From contig CM022670.1 of NCBI GenBank assembly GCA_012295275.1, positions 31,806,001 through 31,870,000 of the forward strand: a stretch of 64,000 bases of DNA, in the 5' to 3' direction. This document shows, piece by piece, positions 1-11,271 of this stretch; position 1 is the first letter of the stretch; each line of letters starts with the position of its first letter. The stretch is from Chrysomallon squamiferum. Taxonomy: Eukaryota; Animalia; Mollusca. Under the pieces are notes generated by a model, which saw nothing but the letters and a program-made list of their open reading frames with translations, searched no databases and was not told where the DNA came from. The translations under genes were made by a program, and so were the position numbers.

Positions 1-1107
1 TTTGTGTATGATACTCTGACTCCAAACAATTACTTCATCAATGAAAGGTGTTTCCACTCCAGCAATAAGACTCAATCCTTTAATAGCTACCAGACCATTA
101 GGCACATCCTCGACTAAAAATCGATGTCCAAAGTTTGGTACAAATTGTCCATTTTTTTCAGTCATTGGATGATTAAGGCCATTGTAGGCTTCATTTGTCT
201 GCAAACAGGTCATCAAGTTTCTCTTGTCTTTGATTCTGTCAGGATATGTCTCACGATACCAGTCTGTCAGATGAATCACATTGGACATGCTGAATTTGGA
301 GTTTTTATTTTGGAAAGCTTTAGCTGTTGCCATTAGTTCATCTGCAATACCACTCAAGTATTTTGTTGCTGTTTCATCAACACCTTGAAAAAACAGTGGT
401 GCTTTCACAAGAGGTCTACCATCCCAGTCCTTCCATTTGCCATACATGATTGGTGGATTAATTATTGATTTTGTTGACATATAAGTCTCAAGAAAATTAT
501 TAGCTTTTTTCAAAACTATATCATTTCCAAGGACTTTTTGCATGGTTTGTAATGGATCAAATGGTGGAGGATTGCTTTTACTGCTGATAATGCTTCCTAA
601 AAGATGTTCTTTTGTGCCTAGAATGTTAACTTTCTTTCCAAATTCTACAATTCTTGTCACCCATGGAAGTGTTTCAAAAGACAAAATTGTACATGATCTT
701 GCTTTGTCTTTTAAAATACCAAAACACTGGAACTCAAATCCTGGTTGTCCTGGCATTCCCACTATTGCTGTATTTGGCTCTAAATAAGGTTCAATAGCTT
801 TAAGATATGACTGGTGAACAAATGCAGGTATAACCAGAACAATAAGATTTGAACCTGGAACCACAGAAGCAGGATTACTTGAAACAATGCTTGGACTGGC
901 CTTTATTTCAGTCTCTGTACCATCCTTGCCTGTTACTTTAACAACAAAGTCATTTTCCTTCAACAGACTGTTCCAGCTTTTTGCCTTATCTTCGGACAGT
1001 GTAAAAACACAAGACTCTGTGTTCTTGCAAGATGCTGCTAACCCAGCTGTAACATGGGCTCCATTGCCAGAACCACAAACCAATATTTTTGTGAAAGACT
1101 GGAGCAT
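1..1107 (-). CDS. Opine dehydrogenase family protein, copy 1 (tauropine dehydrogenase-like); 3'-partial; catalytic His replaced by Asn
   Basis: Absent from the ORF track because it has no stop inside the window. Manual translation from ATG at 1107: MLQSFTKILVCGSGNGAHVTAGLAAS...GMPGQPGFEFQC...SFETLPWVTRI...STKSIINPPIMYGKWKDWDG...PNFGHRFLVEDVPNG...IDEVIVWSQSIIHK, open for 369 codons. Acceptor ttttcacattcAG at 1125-1126. Confidence 0.93.
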   Translation of the reverse strand, partial: MLQSFTKILVCGSGNGAHVTAGLAASCKNTESCVFTLSEDKAKSWNSLLKENDFVVKVTGKDGTETEIKASPSIVSSNPASVVPGSNLIVLVIPAFVHQSYLKAIEPYLEPNTAIVGMPGQPGFEFQCFGILKDKARSCTILSFETLPWVTRIVEFGKKVNILGTKEHLLGSIISSKSNPPPFDPLQTMQKVLGNDIVLKKANNFLETYMSTKSIINPPIMYGKWKDWDGRPLVKAPLFFQGVDETATKYLSGIADELMATAKAFQNKNSKFSMSNVIHLTDWYRETYPDRIKDKRNLMTCLQTNEAYNGLNHPMTEKNGQFVPNFGHRFLVEDVPNGLVAIKGLSLIAGVETPFIDEVIVWSQSIIHK

Positions 1108-1124
1108 GCTTATTCTGGTACTTG

Positions 1125-1337
1125 CTGAATGTGAAAATGTAATGAATAAATAAATTATTGTTTCTATATTTCTACTCATTTTAATGATAACAGTTAAGAG
1201 TTATAAATGAAATTAATACAGTATAATTACTGTATAATCAGAGAGGAAATTATTGCTTCCACTCAGTGGACTACTTTTATGGATATGTACACAGAAATTT
1301 ATTATTTGCTTTCTGCAGAAAACAGAAAATTACTTAC
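1125..1337 (-). other. Candidate 5'-UTR intron of copy 1
   Basis: Minus-strand donor TTT|GTAAGT (GT at 1337-1336) and acceptor at 1126-1125; 213 nt. Confidence 0.4.
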
Positions 1338-2311
1338 AAATTAAACCAGTTTTAGAGCAGTGACTGGAATGGTATATGGACCAGTGACCTCTATGACAGC
1401 TGATCATATGCTCAGACCATTAAATTACAGTTACTATCCTACAAATACAACAATATTTGATAATAATAAGAAAGATCTGTACTTTCTGAAACAATATTAA
1501 AACAATAAATAAAATGCAAATATATTTACTTGATTTGTGGATTACATATTTGGTTTCTACATTCATAGAAAAAAAATGCTTTAATATAATTATTTTATAT
1601 TCTTTTGTGAAAATCATCTGTTCATTAAAACATATTATATGGCTTATGATTTATAAATATCAACCTTATAATTAAAACCAAACGATCATTTTTGTTAATT
1701 GTGTTTAATCTTTAAAGACACTAATATGAAATATAGTGGTTAGAACTAGAAATAATCAAACAATTATTCTTGCACAATTCTGTTATTTCAAAAATGGGCT
1801 AATAATTTTATAAATGATTCAATATTACCTTCATGATAAATTCAAATAATAATATTAATAATAAATAAATCAATAAACATAAAAAGAGATGGAATGAGAG
1901 CCAACACTTTTCTCAGGTTTCATCTCTCTCTCTCTTTAGATCAGTAGATTGGAGAAATGCCAATCTTATTTTCATGACATCTACCGAATCTGCTCATCTG
2001 ATAACGATCAATATAATGACAGAAAAACTGTTTTGTAATTTATAACTAAACCACATCAACTGATATTTCAGCAGACCTTGTTGTGGTTCGTGAATGATCA
2101 TAGCTGTATTAATGATTGAAAACGAGGCATTGTTCCAAGCTGAATACCAAGTCCTAAGTGTGGACAATAGATTTAATAGTACGTTTAAACTTGTTCTGTT
2201 TTAACACATTATTATAGAAGATTGTAAAAATAGTAAATCTGTCATAGATGAAAATATATTGGTTTTTTTTTAATGTGAAACATTAAATTTATATTCTGTA
2301 CTAGTTCTATA

Positions 2312-3642
2312 GGGTAAGGTGGGGTAATTCTGGCCCCCTTTTCCATTCAATCTCACCTGCAGTTTCACAAACAAAAGGAAACAACAAAATGGAGTGAATA
2401 ATGAATAATGTCTAGTATATTTATTTCTGCTTCAAAATACACAAACGCTATATGCATAGTGCTTATACTTTCAAAATGGGAACCAGGTTATAAATTGTTG
2501 TCAGGGGCCAGATTTAACCTGATGATTTGGGGTAAATCTAGCCCCCACATTCATGATGTATTTTAGTCCTCAGATTTGTACTGATTATTGCTGTGTAATC
2601 ATTGTTTACTACTACTAATAATTAGTCCTAATCATAATACAAGTTAGATTCAAAACTTCAATAAACTAAACTCCTTGACAAATATGACACAAGAATACAA
2701 TATCTTTCAAGTCTGCACCAGCTGGGATTTCGAGGCTTGCAAGAATCAAGACAATACCAATTTGGGCATGCATCACATCCTTTGAACTCGTCAAAATTCA
2801 TGCTATCCTCAACTTTGCATTCACATTTGTCTTGTATATCTACAACATCTATGTCTTCTAATTAAGGCTCGTCACCATCAATGTTTTCTTTGACTGCATC
2901 CACCAGTTCTGCTGTAGCATTCAAACTGAGCTGCCATTTTGACTTTGTATCTTCTTCTGGGGTTTTTTTTGGTTGTAGTTTTGCCTGTCTCACCTTTGTT
3001 TTCTTTGCCTTTTCTTCGTCCTTGTTCTTCTTCTCTGCCAACTCGTCTTCATACCTCTTGACACTTTCTTCTTCTGTCAGTGCCTCAGCATACCTCATCC
3101 TTTTGATTTTATTTGAAGTTTGACAACATGCCCCACCAGATGGACTGTGGACTTTCAATTGTTTCAAAAAATTTAAATAAAACTCAAAATGGACTATATC
3201 AATGCCAAAACTATTGATTTCACCACCAAATATGTGGCCAGATTTACCCCATCCATGGAGGCCAGAATTGCCCTAAGTAGTGGAGTAAAATAAAACACAT
3301 ATTTCTTGCCCAATTACCACATATTAATCAAGTTTCTGCTGCTGAACTTAATAACTGATTATATATTTACCTGTTATATGTTATCACTAACCTTATGTCA
3401 ATAGGACAAAAAAAATAACTCTTGAAACCTCAAAATGCACTTTTGTTTACAACTAAGTTGTTTTCATTACTTTCATGGCCACTATACTTCACATGTAAAT
3501 GGCTGATTACCTACATCCTTTGTTCTAATGAGAGATAGGAAGGTTTTATTTATATCAACAAAGTTCCAGAAATCTGGACAGAGTAGTATAGTGGCTGCAA
3601 GTCATAATACACCTCGGGGGCCAAAATTACCCCACCTTACTG
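2312..3642 (-). mobile_element. Internally deleted pogo/Tigger-like DNA transposon retaining a C-terminal acidic/basic segment and a PHD-like finger remnant
   Basis: TIRs GTAAGGTGGGGTAATTCTGGCCCCC (2314-2338) and GGGGGCCAAAATTACCCCACCTTAC (3616-3640) match at 24/25. Internal copies of the GGCCAGATTTACCCC-like motif occur near 2504, 2529, 3236 and 3257. Minus-strand remnants: ALTEEESVKRYEDELAEKK (ORF 2862-3167) and GCDACPNWYC...FLCHICQ (about 2675-2780). Confidence 0.8.
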
Positions 3643-4076
3643 TTTATAATTACCCATAACAAATTGTAATTCAACAAGTAATAAAATACATTAGTTGTAA
3701 CATTATTATTAGTAGTAGTAGTAGTAGTAGTAGTAATAGTAGTAGTAGTAGTAGTCAAAGCAGTAGCAATAGAAATAGTAATAGTAATATTTTTGCATTC
3801 TAGGCATATATCAATGAGTCAGAGAGAGAGAGTGGGGGACAAAACAATGAAATTAAAACCAGCTGACTTAATGTAATTAATGTATTTAAAATATGTAAAA
3901 CACAATGTGTATATAATAATTATTATATTTACTAATTACATATTTGGAACAGAATAAGAATTAAAATATATTTAAAGTAATATTCGACAACGGTGTTTTA
4001 AAATGTTTAAAAATGTTAAAAAATAAAATATTACTACTACTACTACTGCTACTTCTACTTCTACCTCTTCTAGAAC

Positions 4077-4113
<37 letters not shown>

Positions 4114-4672
4114 TACCATGAAAGAATAAATTATTAATTTTGTTTTAAACATTTAAATTTAAAATCTACCAATAATCTGTCAAACACAAATAGGCATAGG
4201 CCTATCTTTACTTTATTTTGTTAACAACGTGAAGAAAAACGAAGAAAAAATATTGGAATTTCTGGCAATGTGCCTTCACAGGTGAACCAGTTTTACGTTC
4301 ATCTGTACGTGGAGTTTTTCTTTTACAGATTTATACACCAGTCCTTCAACCAAATTTCTTTAAATGCTAGTGCAGCAATCTAAAATATCTGATCATGTAA
4401 ATTATCAATAAAAAAAAAAGAAGTAAGAAAGGCAGAGCAAATCATCATCTTTTGTCGTTGTTGTTTTTTAAACTATAATAATGCACATGGTAGATAAACA
4501 TCATTGTTGCTTTCTCTTGCTACCGCATACAAAACAGAAAAAAGAAAGCGAGAGGAAGTATGTGCGTGCGGAAATCTACTGCCATGTGATTACCATTTTG
4601 GGTCAAGGACTGAAAGCTGACGGCAGTGTTGTATGAAACATTATATGTACATGTTTTTCACGTGAATTTCAG

Positions 4673-5288
4673 GTGAGTGCGTTTCTTAAGATAATGGTAC
4701 CATATTAGAATTACCCAGTGACAGCATTTATAAAATTTTCAAACTTTTCATACGTAGATTTATCACAAGTTAATCGCAGTTTTGTTCGCAGTATCTAGTT
4801 TCGCTACTTGTTGCTATATTTACACGTTTTCTACATTTGGATACGGGAATGAAGCGATCAATTGGTTTTTACATAGATGTAGTCTTATCTTTTATATGTT
4901 TTAATCATTAAAATCGTTTCGTAAGTTTCAAGTATTTACTAAAAAAAAACTTTACAATAATGTAAAATGATTTTGTAATTAACATACTAAAATGACTGAA
5001 GCAATACAAAATTCCGTACGCATGCACAGACGAACTTTTGCCCACACGCTATACATTATATATAACATGCTTGAAACATGCTTGAAATACCACACACTCA
5101 AATACGCGCATACGCAGTCACTATTTTATGTCAGAATATTTAAAGTAATTTTAGAATAATAATTCCAAATTATGTGACTATGCGCACATACATATACACA
5201 CACGTGTATGCATAAATACAATCACATGCACACGTATACAAACATATGCTCGCTCGCGCGCTATCATGTACATACACATTTAAATATT

Positions 5289-5322
<34 letters not shown>

Positions 5323-5729
5323 TCTTCGATCTCTGAACCATTTTAAAATTATCTATTTGTCAGTTTTAATCTTTACATTTGTCTGTGCTGTTTTAGCTAT
5401 TGGTTATCGTGATATTTCGTTTAGAAGGTGATGTTGGCAGGGTTATATATTCTTGTGTGTACATTTATTTACAAAGCGTTCAGTTTGACTGCTGCTTACT
5501 GCCTAAGTAAAGATAGCTCGCTAGAGATGGAAAGCATATTTTACACCCTACATAACAATATACTGAGCTAACGAAATTCGGATATTGTCAAAATCCCGAC
5601 TAAGCAACTGAAAAACCATTAAAGTGCATTAAAAACTATGATGTTGTTATTTTATAATAATAATATTAACAAGAACAGTAGCAGTCCCACGAACGATATA
5701 TGTTTATATTTATTTATTTTTCGTTTCAG
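4673..5729 (+). other. Candidate 5'-UTR intron of copy 2
   Basis: Consensus donor CAG|GTGAGT at 4673 in a CpG-containing stretch with TATA-like TATAAT near 4475; acceptor at 5729. Confidence 0.5.
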
Positions 5730-5751
5730 ATTATACAATACTTTGACAAAA

Positions 5752-6954
5752 ATGAGTAAAGTGATAGTACTAGTATGCGGCGGTGGAAATGTTGCTCACG
5801 TGGTTACTGGTCTTGCAGCTTCCCGCGAAAATATCGAGACTCGAGTGTTGATATTAAATCAAGAAGAAGCTGATAAATGGACCAACAGTTTAAAAGAAGG
5901 AGATCTTTTGCTGCAGACAACTGATGCTGAAGGTGATCCTATAGAAATAAAATCAAAACCTAAAATAGTGTCAAAGGATCCAAAAAGAGTAGTTCCAGGA
6001 GCTCATGTAATCGTAATGACAGTTCCTTGTCCAGAGAGTAAATCCTATTTAGATGCTGTATGTTCTCATGTGAATAATAATTCAATAATTGTAGGCATCA
6101 CCGGTCAACCTGGATTCGAATTTCAATGCCTGGATTCTCTAAAGATCAAAACCAAAAAGTGTACGGTGGTGTCATTTGGGGACATACCATGGGCATGTAG
6201 AATCATCGAGTTTGGTAAAAAGGTGAAAATTCTGGGAAATAAAATCTCCATTATGGTATCCGTTTTAAATGGGAAAAGCCGTCCAGAACACAAACCTGTC
6301 GAAATAATACAAAAGATCGTGGGCCAGCAGCACGAGGTTGAGAAAAGAAAGAATTACTTGGAGCCCTACTTGATGAATATGTCTGTTATTCATCCAACTC
6401 TAATGTACGGCAAATGGAAAGACTGGGACGGAAAAGCTTTGGCGAAGAAGCCACCAATGTACCAAGACATTGACGACAAAACGGCAAAACTGTTACAAAG
6501 CATAGCTGATGAACTGTTTGAAACGGTCAGACTCATGAGCGAGAATCCCAAACTTGACATGTGGGACGTACTACATCTTTACGACTGGTTTGTCAGCGAG
6601 TACGGTGACAACATTTCTGACACCAGCACACTCGTGACTTGTCTTAGCACCAACTCTGCATTCAGCAGCGTCACACATCCCATGAATGTCACTGAGGATA
6701 GCAAGTATGTTCCTAATTTTGAATACAGATATTTGGTCGAAGACGTACCAAACGGCTTGGTAATGGCCAAGAGTCTAGCTTTGATTGCTCGAGTCAAGAC
6801 GCCAGTGACTGATGAAGTTCTGATGTGGTGCCAAGAGAAACTGCAAAAGGAATACATGAAGGACGGAAAACTGAAAGGAAAGGACATTGGAGAAACTGGA
6901 TGTCCACAGAATTATGGTTTTAAGACAATTGAAGATCTTGTAAATATTATGTAG
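5752..6954 (+). CDS. Opine dehydrogenase family protein, copy 2 (divergent), 400 aa
   Basis: Rossmann motif VCGGGNVAH, plus GQPGFEFQC, PWACRI, VIHPTLMYGKWKDWDG and RYLVEDVPNG. Start placed at ATG 5752 (MSKVIVLVC) after acceptor tttttcgtttcAG at 5728-5729, so ORF-track residues 1-38 are intron/UTR. AATAAA at 7002-7007. Confidence 0.93.
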   Translation: MSKVIVLVCGGGNVAHVVTGLAASRENIETRVLILNQEEADKWTNSLKEGDLLLQTTDAEGDPIEIKSKPKIVSKDPKRVVPGAHVIVMTVPCPESKSYLDAVCSHVNNNSIIVGITGQPGFEFQCLDSLKIKTKKCTVVSFGDIPWACRIIEFGKKVKILGNKISIMVSVLNGKSRPEHKPVEIIQKIVGQQHEVEKRKNYLEPYLMNMSVIHPTLMYGKWKDWDGKALAKKPPMYQDIDDKTAKLLQSIADELFETVRLMSENPKLDMWDVLHLYDWFVSEYGDNISDTSTLVTCLSTNSAFSSVTHPMNVTEDSKYVPNFEYRYLVEDVPNGLVMAKSLALIARVKTPVTDEVLMWCQEKLQKEYMKDGKLKGKDIGETGCPQNYGFKTIEDLVNIM

Positions 6955-8873
6955 AATGTTTTCCATATCATAAAGACCACTAATTTCACGTCTGTATTGA
7001 AAATAAATGGATTTAGCGAATATAAATTATAATATATTTGCGTTTTAAGAACAGGATTACATAAAACCATCGAAATATCTCAGTAAAATTAATATAAACA
7101 TATCATTGTTGTATTGCATCAGTATAATTATGCTTAGTTTTTTACCAAAATTTTCCAAGAAGTATATATGATATCATAAGACTTTGAAATAATCGAAGAT
7201 ATAAATTAGAGAATACAACCAGAATTTGACTGACATATGTTTTTAAATTTTTAATTATATATTTCCCTTCCTCCCCCTGAATTTTATCTATTTTTAAGAT
7301 GAATTGGAGCTCAACGAAGATGAAAAGGATCAACATTTGCTCACATAATTTTTGTTTCTACTTTATCTTGTTATTGTTAAGCTTAAGTACATTAATGATA
7401 TAAATTATTATTCGACAGGCCGGCTAACATTCCAAATGCCTATTTAAAAATATATATAAATTAATTTTTTATTCATTGTTATATGATGGAAGTTGTAAGT
7501 AACATGTATCTAGTAAATAAAAAACGCTAAATTTAAAGAAGACTCATTTAGACTACAAAATAAGGTTCGAATTAGTCAATAATGTTCCGCTGTTTTACTG
7601 TGTAATTGTGTAACTGTTTGAAGCATAATGAAAATAATATGTAGACAAAACTGTTATTCCCATTCCTCACCCACGTTTTATTATAATATTTCAACCCACT
7701 GTTTGATTCGCTATAGTAATTGTACTGACTGGTGATGTTACTGTAATATTATTTTGTTTGGCTATTATTTTATATTGTAAATAAACCTCTTGTGTTTCCA
7801 GAATTGCCATGTACTTGCTTTCTCAAATAATTGAATTGTTAGCCTATTTATTTATTTATTTATTTGTTTTTTTTTGTTTAGGTGTGTGTTGTTTCGCTTT
7901 ATTAACAATTCTATTCGCTCAATAAACTATTTTGTTGGACATTGTGTGAGTATTATTGATATACAAAGTCAGCATTAAAATTAATGTATTAAAATATTAT
8001 AATTATCAAAGAAGACAATTATTGTGAAGACAAGAAAACGAATGCCCTCATTCATATGGGCTTCACATATTCGAGAGAGAGAGAGAGAGATTTGAAAATA
8101 TATTCTAAACATATTGAAATTAACAACATTAAATATACACATTATGAATCATTTCTATAATATTTTTAATTGTTAATTTGTATATCGTTGTGCCCAATAA
8201 ACACTGCATCATTGTCAAGTTCAAGTACTTTCAAATAACAAAGAGGACATCGTCTCGCTTTTACGCATGATATATCATTATACGCATCTTCATGTCTTTC
8301 CGGACATAAATTTAATCAGACTGTTCGCAGTGGACTGGCTCTGGATAAGAATGTAAAATACTGTTCACTAGCATTACCTTCACTACTAGCTAGCTGTACT
8401 CCCTTCAAAATTGGCATCGACCAGAAATAAAAATCCATTATGAGACTGACTGGCACAGAGGGAGCCATCTTTAACCGGTTGTTGGTTGTGCGTGAGGTAT
8501 TACGCGCTGCAGCTTTCAAGACGTTTGGCATTCTAAGGTAATTCTTTAACCTCGAGAGGTATAGTCAAGTACTAATAATAAAAACATCTGATCACCAGTA
8601 AGAAGCTGAAAGATCTGTCTTACGTAGTCAGCCGGTTTTGGTTTATTTTTTTATTTTGACGGAAAGGAATAGTAGCAGAGAGAGTATTCTGTAGTGTTTA
8701 AGGATCAGTTTTACAGGTAAAATAAGAATGGTAAATTAAAATATTGATTGTTATCAGGTTTTGTAATTGTTAATAATAATTTAGGTATGCTTTTAGATTA
8801 TATTATTCAGTATCTTATGTCATGCCTCTGTTAGTTTTTTTTGTTTTGTATCTTTCCTTTTCTGTAACTGTTA

Positions 8874-8877
<4 letters not shown>

Positions 8878-8923
<46 letters not shown>
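8878..8923. repeat. (CT)n microsatellite
   Basis: Directly visible. Confidence 0.95.
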
Positions 8924-8926
<3 letters not shown>

Positions 8927-9792
8927 CATTCTTTCTGTGCAACTTTTTAATCTCGCTCTCAAAATAAAATCATCAGTAACACTGATGTAAATATACTTAG
9001 TATTAGGTCACAAAAAATTCAGCCGCATACACAGCTTGTATTATTCTGCAACACTGAGAAGTTCTTTTGCTTATTACCTTACAAATAAATGTAACATAAA
9101 CCACAGTAAATCTCCATATTATTTTATTATTTTTTTTTGTTTTTTTTTTTCGGTGCATGGTATTTTTCACAGTTAATATACTGATTTAAAATTTCAATTA
9201 ACCTTTTCCATATAACGATAGGGATAATCACCTTATGCCATTAACATTTCGCAACACTAACCTTATGTTTTTTGTCCTCTTGCCAGAACACACATTAAAG
9301 CGAAGGTCAAGATCCTGTTAATAGGAAATCTCGATGTTTTCTAAACATTTGTAGTCAATCAGTCAACTGTAACAGTTACTGTGTTGAAGTATAGTCAACC
9401 CGAGGTCACTGTTTCTAGTGGAACATTCCTAAGGCTGTGGTGTAGCACTTTTCGTTTGTATTTTCTTTGTTACTACTAGAGCCGATACTATATTATATTT
9501 GCTACTTAATGGTAGGTAAAATTAATTTCTAACAATAAATTTATTATATATGCTCCTATCTAAACTATTTTTTTTTTTTTTTTTTATCTATAATGATTTT
9601 ATGGCGTAATAATAACCTATTCTTCCTTTTCATGCTCCATTAAAAACTAAAAAGATCTGGTATCTATATACTTTGTGGAAGACTTTTTCTTTTTTCTTTT
9701 TTGTCGCGCGTTCGGAAATATCTTTTATGCATATCTAACTTACTATATAACCATACTACAATAAATATGATATTAATATAATATTATATATA

Positions 9793-9970
9793 TAAAATCA
9801 GTCTTGACTGTAACAGCCACTTAAGGCACCAGACAAAAATATAATTTAGTGGTAGCTGCCAGGCAGAATTTAAACCTATAATAATTACCACTGTACAGGA
9901 ATCTCAAGGTGACTGTTATGGAGAGGTCACAGTTTTATAGAGATGGCTATAATAACATGTTCGACTGTAT
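9793..9970. mobile_element. Degenerate MITE-like remnant
   Basis: Right end ...AACATGTTCGACTG|TA resembles Tc1/mariner CAGT-type termini; the left end is decayed. Confidence 0.3.
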
Positions 9971-11271
9971 ATTATATACCCCGAGTTCATGTGTTAAACT
10001 TAAACCGACGTCACTAAAATAATCTTAGTTGAAAAACAATTAATAATATTGGTCTTTTCATTTTTAGTTATTTATTTATTAAATTAAAATTGGTATTGAG
10101 TTACAAATTTTTACCGTTTGAACCTGCAATTTTAGATTTTTTTTTTTTTTTTATAATAAAATTATTTTGGGACATAATTAATTATTCTTTGTTGTCTTGG
10201 CAGATATTAAAACATAAATAATCGTTCTGTTTTTGGCCAAGCATTTACTTCGATAATGTATGGCAAATATATACTCGAAAGCCGTGGTCATGGTTGTGTA
10301 TATATGAAGGTGTTTGTGTGACGTATATTTCAAAAGATTAAAATCTGCGAATTCCACAGACATGTTCATCTTCAAATACATGTCATCTAAATGGAGAGTG
10401 GTTTGTAAATATGAAAGTAACAAAAATAAGAGAAAAATCGATAGTGACATTAGCTGTATCATAAATTTGCTCTGATGCTATCTATTATTAATATAACGAT
10501 TATTTCTACGTACGCATTAACTGCCATTATCCTTCATCTGTAATAATTATGATATATGAATCTCCGATACGAAAGTGTATAATATTGGAAAATGTGCAGA
10601 AAACAACAACAAAACAAAACCAGCAAAAGATAAAAATATCTATCTTTAAAAATGTCATAAAAATGCCAATCCTTATTTGTTTTATCGAAACCACCTACAT
10701 CGTAGTTAACTGTTTATTATACAGTTGGATTAATATATTTTTTAAATGTATATTTTATTTATTCTAATCAAAGCGTAGGTGTTCTTGATCGTGTAAGCAC
10801 TTATACAGTTGTAAAATTTTTTTAATGTTATTTAACTATGCATATATTTATGTGTGTATGTATATATATGGATATGCAGTTAAGTACGCGTGTACAGATG
10901 TAATGAGTGTGTTATTTCGTTAACTGTATTTTATTTAGGAACTTGTATATTAAATAGATTCACTTTACATGTTCTAATATAATGTACAATGTTACGTTTA
11001 AGAATAAGGAATGTGCTTTCACTGCATGTACAGTACTGATAAATAGTAAACTGACTACTTGTTGGATTTTCTCTTTCAAATCTAAAGCTTTATTCCGGTG
11101 AATAATTTTACTGGTGATCAAAGTGAACTTCAAGTATCCTCTTGAAACAAATCAAGATCTCATTTAGTTTTACCTTAAAAAAACAAGTATATTTCTAGTT
11201 ACATCAAGATTATTTCAGTTCAATAATTGGTAATATTGCTTTATTTTTCAGATTTGTTAACAAATACAAAC

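Noticed and set aside
124-1153. Plus-strand ORFs 124-336, 542-787 and 887-1153
   Set aside because: Antisense shadows of minus-strand opine dehydrogenase copy 1.
5638-5751. N-terminal extension of the 438-aa ORF (likewise 11227-11271)
   Set aside because: It runs through a polypyrimidine tract and acceptor, and paralog alignment begins at the downstream ATG.
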